Source of the DNA: an uncultured Sphingobacteriaceae bacterium
GTDB lineage: Bacteria > Bacteroidota > Bacteroidia > Sphingobacteriales > Sphingobacteriaceae
DNA length: 64,000 bases
NCBI GenBank assembly: GCA_964244955.1
Contig: CAXTKQ010000001.1
Location: forward strand, 28,265 to 92,264
Direction: 5' to 3'
Translations under genes and position numbers: made by a program
Part shown: one piece after another, positions 35,591 to 46,079 of the stretch
How the letters are laid out: each line of letters begins with the position of its first letter
Position numbering within the stretch: position 1 is the stretch's first letter
The notes under the pieces: generated by a model
Told to the model about the DNA's origin: nothing
Database searches by the model: none
The model's input: only the letters and a program-made list of their open reading frames with translations

Positions 35591-36189
35591 GATAATCCGA
35601 TAGCAAATAATGTGTTGGAGATAATGTTAGAAATGGCGTTAATGATAAAATAATCTTTTGCCTGTATTTTTTCTGCAACCATGTATAAAAATATGGTAAA
35701 AGAAAAATAAATCAGCACGCCCGAATTGATCCAAAAAAGAGCCTGTTTTTCTATTTCCATAGAATCCTGCCGGTTAAATATCTGGTAAAAAAACAACAAT
35801 GAAACGATGATCAGGTAAATTCCCAAAGCCGTATTGGCCCAACCCGGATATTTTTGGATGCCCTGTATTGCAACAAAAATTATGATAAACAAAGTTGCAA
35901 GCGTGCCGGCATACAACGTAAAATTTTTAGCATGTAAACTGTAAAAAGACCGATAATAAAAGAATGTGTAAAAAAATATCGTAATCAAAATTAAGAAATA
36001 CAGAAGCGGATGGTTATATTTCATATGTATGTATTTCATATAACTTAGCCACATCAAGAAATCTATCAAAAAGCTAAGCAAAAAAAATAAAGCAACTGTT
36101 TTTAACGTATTGTTTAAATTTTTATAGTTAAAAACAGCCGCAATACATGGCAATAACCCCGATGCAAAACCTATGTAGTATAATATCAT
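35554..36189 (-). CDS. Polytopic (6-7 TM) membrane protein, candidate sensor partner of the adjacent kinase
   Basis: 211 aa, almost entirely hydrophobic helices, with a 37-nt overlap with the kinase ORF. Confidence 0.6.
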   Translation of the reverse strand: MILYYIGFASGLLPCIAAVFNYKNLNNTLKTVALFFLLSFLIDFLMWLSYMKYIHMKYNHPLLYFLILITIFFYTFFYYRSFYSLHAKNFTLYAGTLATLFIIIFVAIQGIQKYPGWANTALGIYLIIVSLLFFYQIFNRQDSMEIEKQALFWINSGVLIYFSFTIFLYMVAEKIQAKDYFIINAISNIISNTLFAIGLSCKTQKTVSRSY

Positions 36190-36224
36190 TTTAGTTTTAA
36201 CAATTTAAAACCGAATCAAACAAT

Positions 36225-36647
36225 TTACGGGCAACCTTTTGTTTCCGGGCAAGGCCATGACTGGTCATAAGAATTAAATTCGCCAGTCCTGTCAGCATTT
36301 GCCTCGGCCATAGTTACATGAAGCTGAATATCTTCTTTTAAGCTATCGTTTGTATGGTTGGGCAATTGGTCTTTCCCATGTTCATCTACACCAGTTAAAA
36401 TCAACTGCCTGTGGCCCTTGTCGTCCAACGCATAGTGCATCCGGATGCCGACACAGCCTCTTTGCTTGAGTAATTTCACAATCACATCCCTGCCAAAAAA
36501 GTGGGATGTCGTAATTGTTTTGTCGTTGATCTTTCGGTAATTGCCCGTCCAAAGCCTCACTTTTTCTAAAGAGATCGGCCCTCCGACACGTTCAAGTTTT
36601 CCTCTCCTGAAGTCGTTTTCTTCATTTACTGATTTTTCTGTTTCCAT
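36225..36647 (-). CDS. Hypothetical 140-aa soluble protein
   Basis: Clean ORF with no antisense competitor and no motif I recognise (..GCVGIRMHYALDDKGHRQLILTGVDEHGKD.. ..CPETKGCP). Confidence 0.55.
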   Translation of the reverse strand: METEKSVNEENDFRRGKLERVGGPISLEKVRLWTGNYRKINDKTITTSHFFGRDVIVKLLKQRGCVGIRMHYALDDKGHRQLILTGVDEHGKDQLPNHTNDSLKEDIQLHVTMAEANADRTGEFNSYDQSWPCPETKGCP

Positions 36648-36907
36648 GGTTTTTGGTTTTTGTTTAGGATAAATTTAATACAAAAGCTTTGATAATTTAT
36701 ATTGATGCCTTAATTAAAAAGCAAAAATTATTTGTGCAAAAATTGGTAAATGCCTAAAAATGAGTTGTTAAAAGAAGTATTTTTTTTAACCTGATGAAAA
36801 GATTCCGTAGCATCACGATGAAGATTACGTAATTTTACGCATCCAAAAAAAGAGGTCAAAAGCGTGTTTATGCTTGAAAAAGGGATTTTTCAAAAACCGT
36901 GTAAAAT

Positions 36908-36939
36908 AAAAGAAGCCGGTTAAAAAACCAGCTTCTTTT
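36908..36939 (-). terminator. Hairpin AAAAGAAGCCGGT-taaaaa-ACCAGCTTCTTTT downstream of gap
   Basis: 13-bp stem with 1 mismatch, flanked by A and T tracts, 46 nt after the gap stop. Confidence 0.7.
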
Positions 36940-36951
36940 GTTTATTGGCAG

Positions 36952-36980
36952 ATGCTTCTTTTAGCACCTAAAAATTGGTG
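36952..36980. repeat. Solo arm of the abundant repeat
   Basis: ATGCTTCTTTTAGCACCTAAAAATTGGTG, 5 nt from the gap stop codon. Confidence 0.8.
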
Positions 36981-36984
36981 TAGG

Positions 36985-38830
<1,846 letters not shown>

Positions 38831-38836
38831 ACGGGA

Positions 38837-39817
38837 TCAGATAGATAAAATATCAACCATGTCCAGCAAGTCCTGCTCCAGCTTAAACTCATGGTGCGAA
38901 ATTGCCTCGTCTAGTTCGGCCAGTTGTATCGTGTTGCCTTTTAAACCAACCATTTTGCGCGTTTCGCCATCAATTAAAGCCCTTACCGCTGCATAGCCTA
39001 AACGGCTGCCCAGCACACGGTCAAAACTGCTTGGGCTGCCGCCACGTTGCAAATGGCCCAAAATAGTTACTTTCACATCATAAGAAGGTACATGTTCTTT
39101 CACCCTTTTTGCGATGTCATAAGCACCGCCGTTTTTATCGCCTTCGGCAACAATTACAATGCTGGACGTTTTTTTGTTGCTGCCCGATTTCAGGTTTTCA
39201 ATCAGTTCTTCGATCGCGGTTTCTTTTTCGGGCAATAAAATCGCTTCGGCACCACCAGCAATACCGGCACGCAAGGCAATACAGCCCGAATCGCGGCCCA
39301 TTACTTCGATAAAAAACAAACGGTCGTGTGCATCGGCGGTGTCGCGGATTTTATCCAAGGCTTCAACAACGGTATTGGTAGCGGTATCAAAGCCCAATGT
39401 AAAATCAGAGCCGTACAAATCGTTGTCAATCGTTCCGGGAATGCCGATCACCGGGATATCGTAAATCCGCGAAAAACGTTCGGCCCCGGTAAAAGTGCCG
39501 TCGCCCCCAATCACGATCAACCCGTCAACATCGCGGTTTTTTAAATTTTTGTATGCTTTTTCTAAGCCGCTTTCTTCTTTAAATTCCAAGCAACGGGCTG
39601 TTTTCAGGATCGTGCCACCCAAATGCAGGATATTGCTCACCGAACGCTCGTTCATATCATACATATTGTTGTTGATCAAACCCTGATAGCCTTGCTTCAC
39701 GCCCACCACCTGTAGGCCGAAGTAGATACCTGTTCGTACAACTGCACGGATGCAGGGGTTCATCCCCGGTGCGTCCCCACCCGAAGTCAGTACGGCAATT
39801 TTGTTTACTTTAGACAT
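38837..39817 (-). CDS. pfkA: ATP-dependent 6-phosphofructokinase
   Basis: IAVLTSGGDAPGMN, VIGGDGTFTGA, IPGTIDND and GHLQRGG. The start is moved to the ATG at 39817 (MSKVNK), because the 27-codon extension of the ORF track has no homolog pattern. Confidence 0.93.
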   Translation of the reverse strand: MSKVNKIAVLTSGGDAPGMNPCIRAVVRTGIYFGLQVVGVKQGYQGLINNNMYDMNERSVSNILHLGGTILKTARCLEFKEESGLEKAYKNLKNRDVDGLIVIGGDGTFTGAERFSRIYDIPVIGIPGTIDNDLYGSDFTLGFDTATNTVVEALDKIRDTADAHDRLFFIEVMGRDSGCIALRAGIAGGAEAILLPEKETAIEELIENLKSGSNKKTSSIVIVAEGDKNGGAYDIAKRVKEHVPSYDVKVTILGHLQRGGSPSSFDRVLGSRLGYAAVRALIDGETRKMVGLKGNTIQLAELDEAISHHEFKLEQDLLDMVDILSI

Positions 39818-39849
39818 TTTAAACCAACTCCTTGTAGCGCGAAGATAAG

Positions 39850-39864
39850 GTGTAATCTTTACAC
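39850..39864. promoter_or_regulatory. Candidate operator GTGTAA-tct-TTACAC in the pfkA / Nudix-regulator divergent region
   Basis: 6-bp inverted repeat with a 3-nt spacer, 33 nt upstream of the pfkA start, supported by position only. Confidence 0.3.
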
Positions 39865-39925
39865 TAAGTAATATATTATTTATTAAATTTGAAAACACAT
39901 TCGCTGGCCTGTAAAAAACTTTAAT

Positions 39926-40621
39926 TTGGAAACCTCACTGCCAAAATTTGATTCGGTATTCTCGGTGGATTGTGTCATCTTCGGGTTTCAGGCAAATGAA
40001 CTAAAAATTTTGCTCATCGAACGAAACCAGGAACCTTATAAGGGCCGGAACGCGCTGCCCGGCTACATTGTAAAAAATGATGAAAGCATTGACGATGCCG
40101 CCGAACGTATTTTGTATGAATTGACCGGCCTGCGCGGCCTGCACATGGAGCAGTTCCATACTTTTGGTGATGTGGACAGGCACCCGCAAGGGCGTGTCAT
40201 TACGGTTGCTTATTATGCCCTGATCCGGATTGACGGGCACAACGAGGTAAAACCGGTTACCAATTTTGCCCGTAGCGCGTTTTGGCACCCGGTAAACAAG
40301 TTGGACAAACTGCCTTACGACCACAGTAAAATATTTGAAACTGGTTTCCAAAAACTGCGCCGCCGGTTAAGTTACCAGCCCATTGCTTTTGAGCTGCTTC
40401 CCGAAAAATTTACCTTAACCCAATTGCAAACGCTTTACGAAGCAATCCTGAACAAGAAGCTGGACAAGCGCAACTTCCGCAAAAAAATGCTGAGCTACGG
40501 TTTTTTGAAAGAACTGGACGAAAAGCAAAAAGGCGTTTCCTATCGCGCCGCAACCTTGTACCGTTTTGACCGGCGGAAATACAACAAGATTTTTCAGAAC
40601 GAATTGAACATTAATGGCTGA
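39926..40621 (+). CDS. Nudix-domain transcriptional regulator (NrtR-like), degenerate Nudix box plus C-terminal winged helix
   Basis: The Nudix box reads G..x..E-x7-RILYELTGL, so the catalytic REUxEE is lost. A ~90-aa basic wHTH-like domain forms the C-terminus. TTG start. Confidence 0.7.
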   Translation: METSLPKFDSVFSVDCVIFGFQANELKILLIERNQEPYKGRNALPGYIVKNDESIDDAAERILYELTGLRGLHMEQFHTFGDVDRHPQGRVITVAYYALIRIDGHNEVKPVTNFARSAFWHPVNKLDKLPYDHSKIFETGFQKLRRRLSYQPIAFELLPEKFTLTQLQTLYEAILNKKLDKRNFRKKMLSYGFLKELDEKQKGVSYRAATLYRFDRRKYNKIFQNELNING

Positions 40622-40664
40622 TGCTTCTTTTATCGGCATAAATTTAGTGTGGTAAAAGAAGCAT
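40621..40664. repeat. Compact inverted doublet of the abundant repeat, 44 bp
   Basis: ATGCTTCTTTTATCGGCATAAATTTAGTGTGGTAAAAGAAGCAT, whose first base is the last base of the stop codon TGA. Confidence 0.85.
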
Positions 40665-40675
40665 TAAACTGAAAC

Positions 40676-40714
40676 AAAAAACCTGCTTTAATTAAAATTA
40701 AAGCAGGTTTTTTG
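40676..40714. terminator. Bidirectional hairpin AAAAAACCTGCTTTAAT..ATTAAAGCAGGTTTTTT
   Basis: Long perfect palindrome with A6/T6 flanks, between convergent genes. Confidence 0.8.
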
Positions 40715-40729
40715 TGTTGAAGGAAAATC

Positions 40730-41593
40730 TTATTTTGCTGATAAAGGCGAAAGTTCCAAGTGGTATTTCACCAAATCATCTATTGGCGAACGGATAATAC
40801 GGCCAAAATTCATTCCGTATTCTTTGGCGGTTTCTTCCAAAACATTGCGGAAATTATAACCGACAGAACCGATACAGTTAAAAGAGTAATTTTTATAATC
40901 CGGGTAATGGCTCACCAGGTTGCGGAAAAAATCATCAAACGAAGTTTTTACCAAATTGCGCGAGTAGGCAATATTGGCCGTGTTGTCATACACAAATTTG
41001 CTGAAGCTGGCGCAAAAACGGTTGGGCAAAGGCTTGGTGTAAACGGTATCAATAATATCGTCGGGTGTTAGCTGGAAAGTTTCCCAAAAAACGTCTTTCA
41101 CTTCCTGCGGCATGTAGCCACGCACATAATCCGAAAGCAGTTTTTTGCCGATGTAGCAACCGCTGCCTTCATCGCCCAAAATATAAGCCAAAGAATTGAT
41201 TTTGAAAGTGATGTCTTTCCCGTCGTACAAACAAGTATTGGTTCCGGTGCCTAAAATGGCGGCAAAACCAGCGTTTACGCCCAGCAAAGCGCGGGCAGCA
41301 GCCATCAAATCGTGGCCAACAAATACTTTTGAATACTTAAAAACCACCTTTATCGCATCTTCCACAATCTTAACCTTGTCTGCCACATCGCAACCAGCAC
41401 CGTAGTAGTACAATTCGGTTATGTCGTCCTTTTTTAAATCGGAGGGAAGGTTCTCATTCAGCGAATTAATAATGTAGGCCGTATCAGAAAAAAAAGGATT
41501 ATAACCTTCGGTGTTGAAATATACTTTTTTTCCGAATTCATTGATCAGGCACCAATTGGTTTTTGTAGAACCGCCATCCGCTATAATAATCAT
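40730..41593 (-). CDS. BadF/BadG/BcrA/BcrD-type ATPase, N-acetylglucosamine kinase-like
   Basis: Canonical MIIIADGGSTKTNW, ILGTGTN and ILGDEGSG. Confidence 0.75.
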   Translation of the reverse strand: MIIIADGGSTKTNWCLINEFGKKVYFNTEGYNPFFSDTAYIINSLNENLPSDLKKDDITELYYYGAGCDVADKVKIVEDAIKVVFKYSKVFVGHDLMAAARALLGVNAGFAAILGTGTNTCLYDGKDITFKINSLAYILGDEGSGCYIGKKLLSDYVRGYMPQEVKDVFWETFQLTPDDIIDTVYTKPLPNRFCASFSKFVYDNTANIAYSRNLVKTSFDDFFRNLVSHYPDYKNYSFNCIGSVGYNFRNVLEETAKEYGMNFGRIIRSPIDDLVKYHLELSPLSAK

Positions 41594-41660
41594 ATCAATT
41601 AAACTTTTGTGTTAGGGTTTAAAAGTACAATAATAAATAATAAAGCTTATTTGGCTAAAT

Positions 41661-41699
41661 AAAAAAATCCTGTTGTTTTATCAGCAACAGGATTTTTTT
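41661..41699 (-). terminator. Hairpin AAAAAAATCCTGTTG..CAACAGGATTTTTTT
   Basis: 15-bp stem with A7/T7 flanks, downstream of the 41733..42446 gene. Confidence 0.75.
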
Positions 41700-41732
41700 G
41701 GAAAGCGTAACTCAAAATAAATTCAAGCCAAA

Positions 41733-42446
41733 TCAGGATTTTGGCGATGCTTCTTTTAGCCTATAAAAATCAAGCACCAACTGGTCCATGTTGCCGTAGC
41801 GGTATTTTTTGTTTTTTATTTTTTCTACGATTTCGGGCTGGCTGGCCATAATTTCGCTCATCACTTGTACAAAATTGTCTTTTCGCAGTTCCGTCAAACT
41901 GTTTGGGTCATCGCCATAGTAATAAACGGGTTTGCTTTTTCCGCCGCCACCGCCCAGGTTAATGCCCAAACCGCCGCCAATGCCGCTGCCGAAACTGCCG
42001 CCGCCAATGCCCAAACTTGGCCTGATTCCGGGCGACATGCCGCCACCGCCGCCACCGGTCGTGGCATACAATTTCATCGGTTCATCCACCAAAACTTTTA
42101 CAAAATCAATGCTTCGGCCGGTCCAAACACCTGTCCGGGGTGCATGTGCCACCGTAAAGCTGTCCCTTCCGGCTACAAAAGAGCGCACCATCGAAGCCGT
42201 TAACTTCTCTTTTTCTTCGCCTTTGTCTTTTCGGAACAAAATAAAACCTTCGCTGTCTTGCGGGCTTCTGCCGGATGGGCTGACAACAATTTGTCCCGGC
42301 ACTTTTTTGCCGTTGGCATCATAAAAATAACCATCGTCCCATTGGTTCAAACCCAATTGTGCCGAAGCTGAAAATGCAGTCAGCAAAAACAAGCCTGTTA
42401 AAAAAGGTAAGCGCATTGTGTGTAATTTAATTTCAGGAATAACCAT
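41733..42446 (-). CDS. Secreted protein with an internal Gly-rich tract
   Basis: The signal peptide begins at the internal ATG at 42416 (MRLPFLTGLFLLTAFSASAQ). It contains a GGGGGGMSPG..GIGGGSFGSGIGGGLGINLGGGGG tract, and its last codons (LKEASPKS*) run into a repeat arm at 41747..41775. Confidence 0.55.
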   Translation of the reverse strand: MVIPEIKLHTMRLPFLTGLFLLTAFSASAQLGLNQWDDGYFYDANGKKVPGQIVVSPSGRSPQDSEGFILFRKDKGEEKEKLTASMVRSFVAGRDSFTVAHAPRTGVWTGRSIDFVKVLVDEPMKLYATTGGGGGGMSPGIRPSLGIGGGSFGSGIGGGLGINLGGGGGKSKPVYYYGDDPNSLTELRKDNFVQVMSEIMASQPEIVEKIKNKKYRYGNMDQLVLDFYRLKEASPKS

Positions 42447-42576
42447 GATTTTTTGCTTTTATTATGCTTGCTCAGACTGTTGTTTTTGTAAAACGTTTAT
42501 GGCAGTTTAAAATTTTTGTTTTTTGGGAAAGGAATGCTTTGAATTGCGTTTATTTTGCACCAAAAATAAAATCAGG

Positions 42577-43596
42577 ATGATTGTTGATTTAAGAAGCGAT
42601 ACCGTAACCAAGCCAACGCCGGGAATGTTGGAAGCGATGTGGAGCGCCAAAGTAGGCGACGATGTTTACGGCGAAGACGAAACCGTTAACCAACTGGAAG
42701 CCAAAGCTGCGGCGATGTTCGGGATGGAAGCCGCCATTTTTTGCCCTTCGGGAACGATGACGAACCAAATCGCCATCAAATGTTTTACCCAACCGATGGA
42801 CGAACTGATTGCCGACCAAACCGCGCACGTTTACCGTTACGAAGGCGGCGGGATCGCTTTTAATTCGGCTGTTTCTACGCGGTTGTTGAATGGCGAACGC
42901 GGGATTTTAACGCCGGAAATGATCGCGCCGGAAATTAACGATCCGAACAATATCCATTTCCCGCGTACCAGTTTAGTGGTTTTAGAAAACACGGTGAACA
43001 AAGGCGGCGGCAATTGTTATCGCTTAGAACAAATCGCACCGATTGCAAATTTATGTGCTAAAAGAAGCATCAAGCTGCATTTGGATGGCGCACGTATTTT
43101 TAACGCCTTAACTTTCACCAAAGACAAAACTGCGGATTACGGGCAGTATTTCGACGGCATTTCTGTTTGCCTTTCCAAAGGTTTGGGCGCGCCGGTAGGT
43201 TCTGTTTTTTTGGCCGATAAAAAAAGCATTGCGCAAGCCCGCCGCATCCGCAAAGTTTTGGGCGGAGGGATGCGCCAGGCCGGCTTTTTGGCTGCCGCCG
43301 GAATTTATGCTTTGGACAATCATGTTGAACGTTTACAGCAAGACCACGGCCATGCTAAATTATTGGAAGAAACTTTGAAAAACTGTAATTGGGTTACCAG
43401 TGTTTTAAAAGTTGAAACCAATCTTGTTATTTTTGATACGGTAAAAGAAGCATCCTATTATCTGCAAAAATTAGCCGAAAAAGGGATTCGGGCTTCTGCC
43501 AATGATGTGCGCCGCATCCGTTTTGTAACGCATTTAGATGTCGGTTCGGATCAAATCCAACATACAATTGAAGCTTTAAAAAGTCTAAACGAATAA
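42577..43596 (+). CDS. ltaE: Low-specificity L-threonine aldolase
   Basis: DLRSDTVTKPT, GTMTNQ, and the PLP-lysine region CLSKGLGAPVGS. The start is moved to the ATG at 42577. Confidence 0.88.
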   Translation: MIVDLRSDTVTKPTPGMLEAMWSAKVGDDVYGEDETVNQLEAKAAAMFGMEAAIFCPSGTMTNQIAIKCFTQPMDELIADQTAHVYRYEGGGIAFNSAVSTRLLNGERGILTPEMIAPEINDPNNIHFPRTSLVVLENTVNKGGGNCYRLEQIAPIANLCAKRSIKLHLDGARIFNALTFTKDKTADYGQYFDGISVCLSKGLGAPVGSVFLADKKSIAQARRIRKVLGGGMRQAGFLAAAGIYALDNHVERLQQDHGHAKLLEETLKNCNWVTSVLKVETNLVIFDTVKEASYYLQKLAEKGIRASANDVRRIRFVTHLDVGSDQIQHTIEALKSLNE

Positions 43597-43606
43597 ATTG
43601 AAGTTT

Positions 43607-44500
43607 ATGGAATATTCCAAGTTGGGAAAATCAGATTTGTTGGTCAGCAAAATTGGTTTTGGTTGCATGTCGCTTCGCGGAAACAGTGATGACCATAAAA
43701 CTTTGCTAAACAAAGCATTGCAATTGGGCATCAATTATTTTGATACGGCCGACTTGTATGAAGACGGCGAAAACGAATCCAAGATTGGAACTTTGCTCAA
43801 ACCCAACCGAAAAGATATTGTATTGGCCACCAAAGTTGGCAACCAAAAACAAGCCGACGGCAGCACAACTTGGAACGCAAGTAAAGCTTACATTTTGCAA
43901 GCTGCAGACAAAAGTTTAAAACGTTTGCAAACAGACTACATTGATTTGTACCAATTGCACGGCGGCATGATCGAAGACAATATTGACGAAACGATTGAAG
44001 CTTTTGAATTTTTGCAACAACAAGGCAAAATAAGATATTATGGTATTTCTTCCATCCGCCCAAATGTAATCCGCGAATATGTTGCCAAATCAAACATTAC
44101 AAGTGTGATGATGCAATACAGTTTGCTGGACCGCCGGCCGGAAGAAACTTGTTTTGAGCTGCTCGAAAAAAACCAAATCAGCGTGGTAACTCGTGGAAGC
44201 GTTGCGCAAGGTTTATTGGTTGATAAACCTGCAAAACCGTATTTAAACTTCACTGAAAAAGAGGTGGTAAAAACAGTATCGGCCATTCAACAAATTGCTG
44301 GCGAAACCAAAAGTAAAGCACAAGTTGCGTTGCAATTTGCTTTGGCACCAAAAGTTGTTGCCAGTGCGGTAATTGGAATCAGGACGGTTGCACAATTGGA
44401 AGATGTGGTTGCAACTTTGGATGTTCCGCAACTTAAACCAGATGAATTGGATTATTTAAAAAATGCAATTGAACTAAATAAATATGAACAGCATCGGTAA
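43607..44500 (+). CDS. Aldo/keto reductase
   Basis: GFGCMSL, FDTADLYEDGENE, LATKVG, and IDLYQLHG. Confidence 0.88.
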   Translation: MEYSKLGKSDLLVSKIGFGCMSLRGNSDDHKTLLNKALQLGINYFDTADLYEDGENESKIGTLLKPNRKDIVLATKVGNQKQADGSTTWNASKAYILQAADKSLKRLQTDYIDLYQLHGGMIEDNIDETIEAFEFLQQQGKIRYYGISSIRPNVIREYVAKSNITSVMMQYSLLDRRPEETCFELLEKNQISVVTRGSVAQGLLVDKPAKPYLNFTEKEVVKTVSAIQQIAGETKSKAQVALQFALAPKVVASAVIGIRTVAQLEDVVATLDVPQLKPDELDYLKNAIELNKYEQHR

Positions 44501-44583
44501 GAAAGATACTGTTTTTACCGACATAATTTTGATATTCAAATTTTCTGTTCTTGCAATTGTCCAATGGTGATTAAAGTAAATTT

Positions 44584-45489
44584 ATGAAGTTTAACCAGCA
44601 AACAACTTTAGATACTTTCTTAAATATTTTGTTTGAGCGTTATCAGGCAAAAGTTCCGGCGGTAAACCAAATTACGGAAGCTTTGGTTGACTGTGGCGTT
44701 GTTAATTCTCAGCAGGAAATTGTAAACGACCATATCGCTTTTCGCACGTTGCGTGTCCCGCATTTGGGCATTGCTTCTTTCGAAAAGATATTTTTGCAGC
44801 ACGGTTACCAAAAACGTGATTATTATTATTTTGAAGGAAAGAAACTGAACGCTTATTGGTATGCGCCGCCTTCTCCAACTTATCCACGCATTTTTATTAG
44901 TGAATTGATTGTTGATGGACTTTCCACTCATGCACAAGAAACAATTTATCGTTACACCAACGAAATAAATTTTGATCCTGTCGATCAGTTGGATCTAAAT
45001 AACGGCGAAGAAATCGACGAATTTTTCCACCAATCTTTGTGGACATTGCCAACCAAGCAGGATTATTTAACCTTGTTGGAAGAAAGCGAATACGCCGCCT
45101 GGGTAATTTACAACCGCTATTACTTAAACCATTATACCATCAGCGTTCATGCTTTAAAAACAGGCTACAACACAATTTTGGAATTTGATAATTTTGTGGA
45201 AGGATTAGGCATTAAACTCAATACTGCGGGCGGAAAAATAAAAACAAGTGCCGACGGCTTATTATTGCAAAGCAGTACCGTAGCTGAAATGCAGGAAGCT
45301 ACTTTTGCCGCCGGCGAAACTTTAAATATTGCAGGCAGTTATGTAGAATTTGCAGAGCGCAAGGTTTTACCGGAGTTTAAAAATTTGCCATTAAAAGAAG
45401 TAGAGCCTCAACATCGCCGTGATGGTTTTGAAACTACGAATGCCGATAAAATTTTTGAAAGCACTTATATCGGGCAGGTTAGGGGTTGA
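44584..45489 (+). CDS. DUF1338 (HglS-like 2-oxoadipate dioxygenase/decarboxylase family) protein
   Basis: 301 aa with VNDHIAFRT, the YWYAPP..P.IFISEL pattern, and a C-terminal YVEFAER. Confidence 0.75.
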   Translation: MKFNQQTTLDTFLNILFERYQAKVPAVNQITEALVDCGVVNSQQEIVNDHIAFRTLRVPHLGIASFEKIFLQHGYQKRDYYYFEGKKLNAYWYAPPSPTYPRIFISELIVDGLSTHAQETIYRYTNEINFDPVDQLDLNNGEEIDEFFHQSLWTLPTKQDYLTLLEESEYAAWVIYNRYYLNHYTISVHALKTGYNTILEFDNFVEGLGIKLNTAGGKIKTSADGLLLQSSTVAEMQEATFAAGETLNIAGSYVEFAERKVLPEFKNLPLKEVEPQHRRDGFETTNADKIFESTYIGQVRG

Positions 45490-45517
45490 TGGAAAATTAA
45501 CTGTTGATCGTTTTTTT

Positions 45518-46021
45518 TTATTCGTTATCAAGTTCTTTTAAAAAATCTTCGAATGAAGTTGAATTGTTTTTTCTTTCTTCCGGCGTCATATTTTCATATT
45601 CTTCTGCCGTTTTTTTAATTTCTGAAAGTTGCTTTTGGATTTCGATTTCGTCAAAACCCATAAAAGTCATTTCGTACAAAGAATGGCTGATAATTTCTAA
45701 TTGGTTAAATTGTTTTAAAGCATCATTGCTTACGGTCATTCCCAGCCATTCTGTCCAAGGTACAAATTCAATAGCCAAACCTTCTGTTGGATTGTCTTTT
45801 TTTAATCCCGAAACAGCAACATAAATTTCTTCGTTGGTTTCGTCGTCATAACACTGTTGCAATACAATTTCAATATCACTATCTGTTGGTTCCATTTGTA
45901 GAAGAATGGCATATACTTTTTCGTATGCTGTTAAACTTTCTTTTTGGTTTGGATAAAGATTTGTCAGAACTATCGAAACGCTTAACCAGTTATTGGTTTT
46001 TATCAATTCATAAAGTTTCAT
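45518..46021 (-). CDS. Hypothetical acidic 167-aa protein, last gene of the low-GC RM islet
   Basis: Clean ORF in the same orientation as the RM genes and 58 nt after them, with a motif ..LEIISHSLYEMTFMGFDE.. of an uncharacterised family. Confidence 0.6.
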   Translation of the reverse strand: MKLYELIKTNNWLSVSIVLTNLYPNQKESLTAYEKVYAILLQMEPTDSDIEIVLQQCYDDETNEEIYVAVSGLKKDNPTEGLAIEFVPWTEWLGMTVSNDALKQFNQLEIISHSLYEMTFMGFDEIEIQKQLSEIKKTAEEYENMTPEERKNNSTSFEDFLKELDNE

Positions 46022-46079
46022 GTGTTGCTATCATTTTGTTTATCTATTCAATTTGAAAGGTTAGAATTACAAATTATAA

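Noticed and set aside
36648-36984. Long intergenic regions (36648..36984, 50354..50806, 15911..16411, 30407..30737) as hiding places for tRNA or small-RNA genes or riboswitches
   Set aside because: I could not fold any cloverleaf or recognise a known riboswitch core by eye. The content is AT-rich leader DNA, repeat arms and terminator hairpins. A covariance-model scan would be needed to exclude ncRNAs.
39818-39898. Upstream extension of pfkA in the ORF track, with the same problem for pepN (to 63748), ltaE (from 42523), AKR (from 43598), SusC (from 50789), cdaA (from 57859) and OMP1 (to 22057)
   Set aside because: The family-typical N-terminus or signal peptide begins at an internal ATG in each case. 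For ltaE, AKR, SusC and cdaA the longer start is a TTG, and for pfkA, pepN and OMP1 it is an upstream start whose extra codons match no family pattern.
41865-42324. Plus-strand ORFs rich in Pro/Ala (41865..42203 and 41932..42324)
   Set aside because: They are mirror images of the Gly-rich tract of the minus-strand secreted protein (GGN codons read as NCC on the opposite strand).
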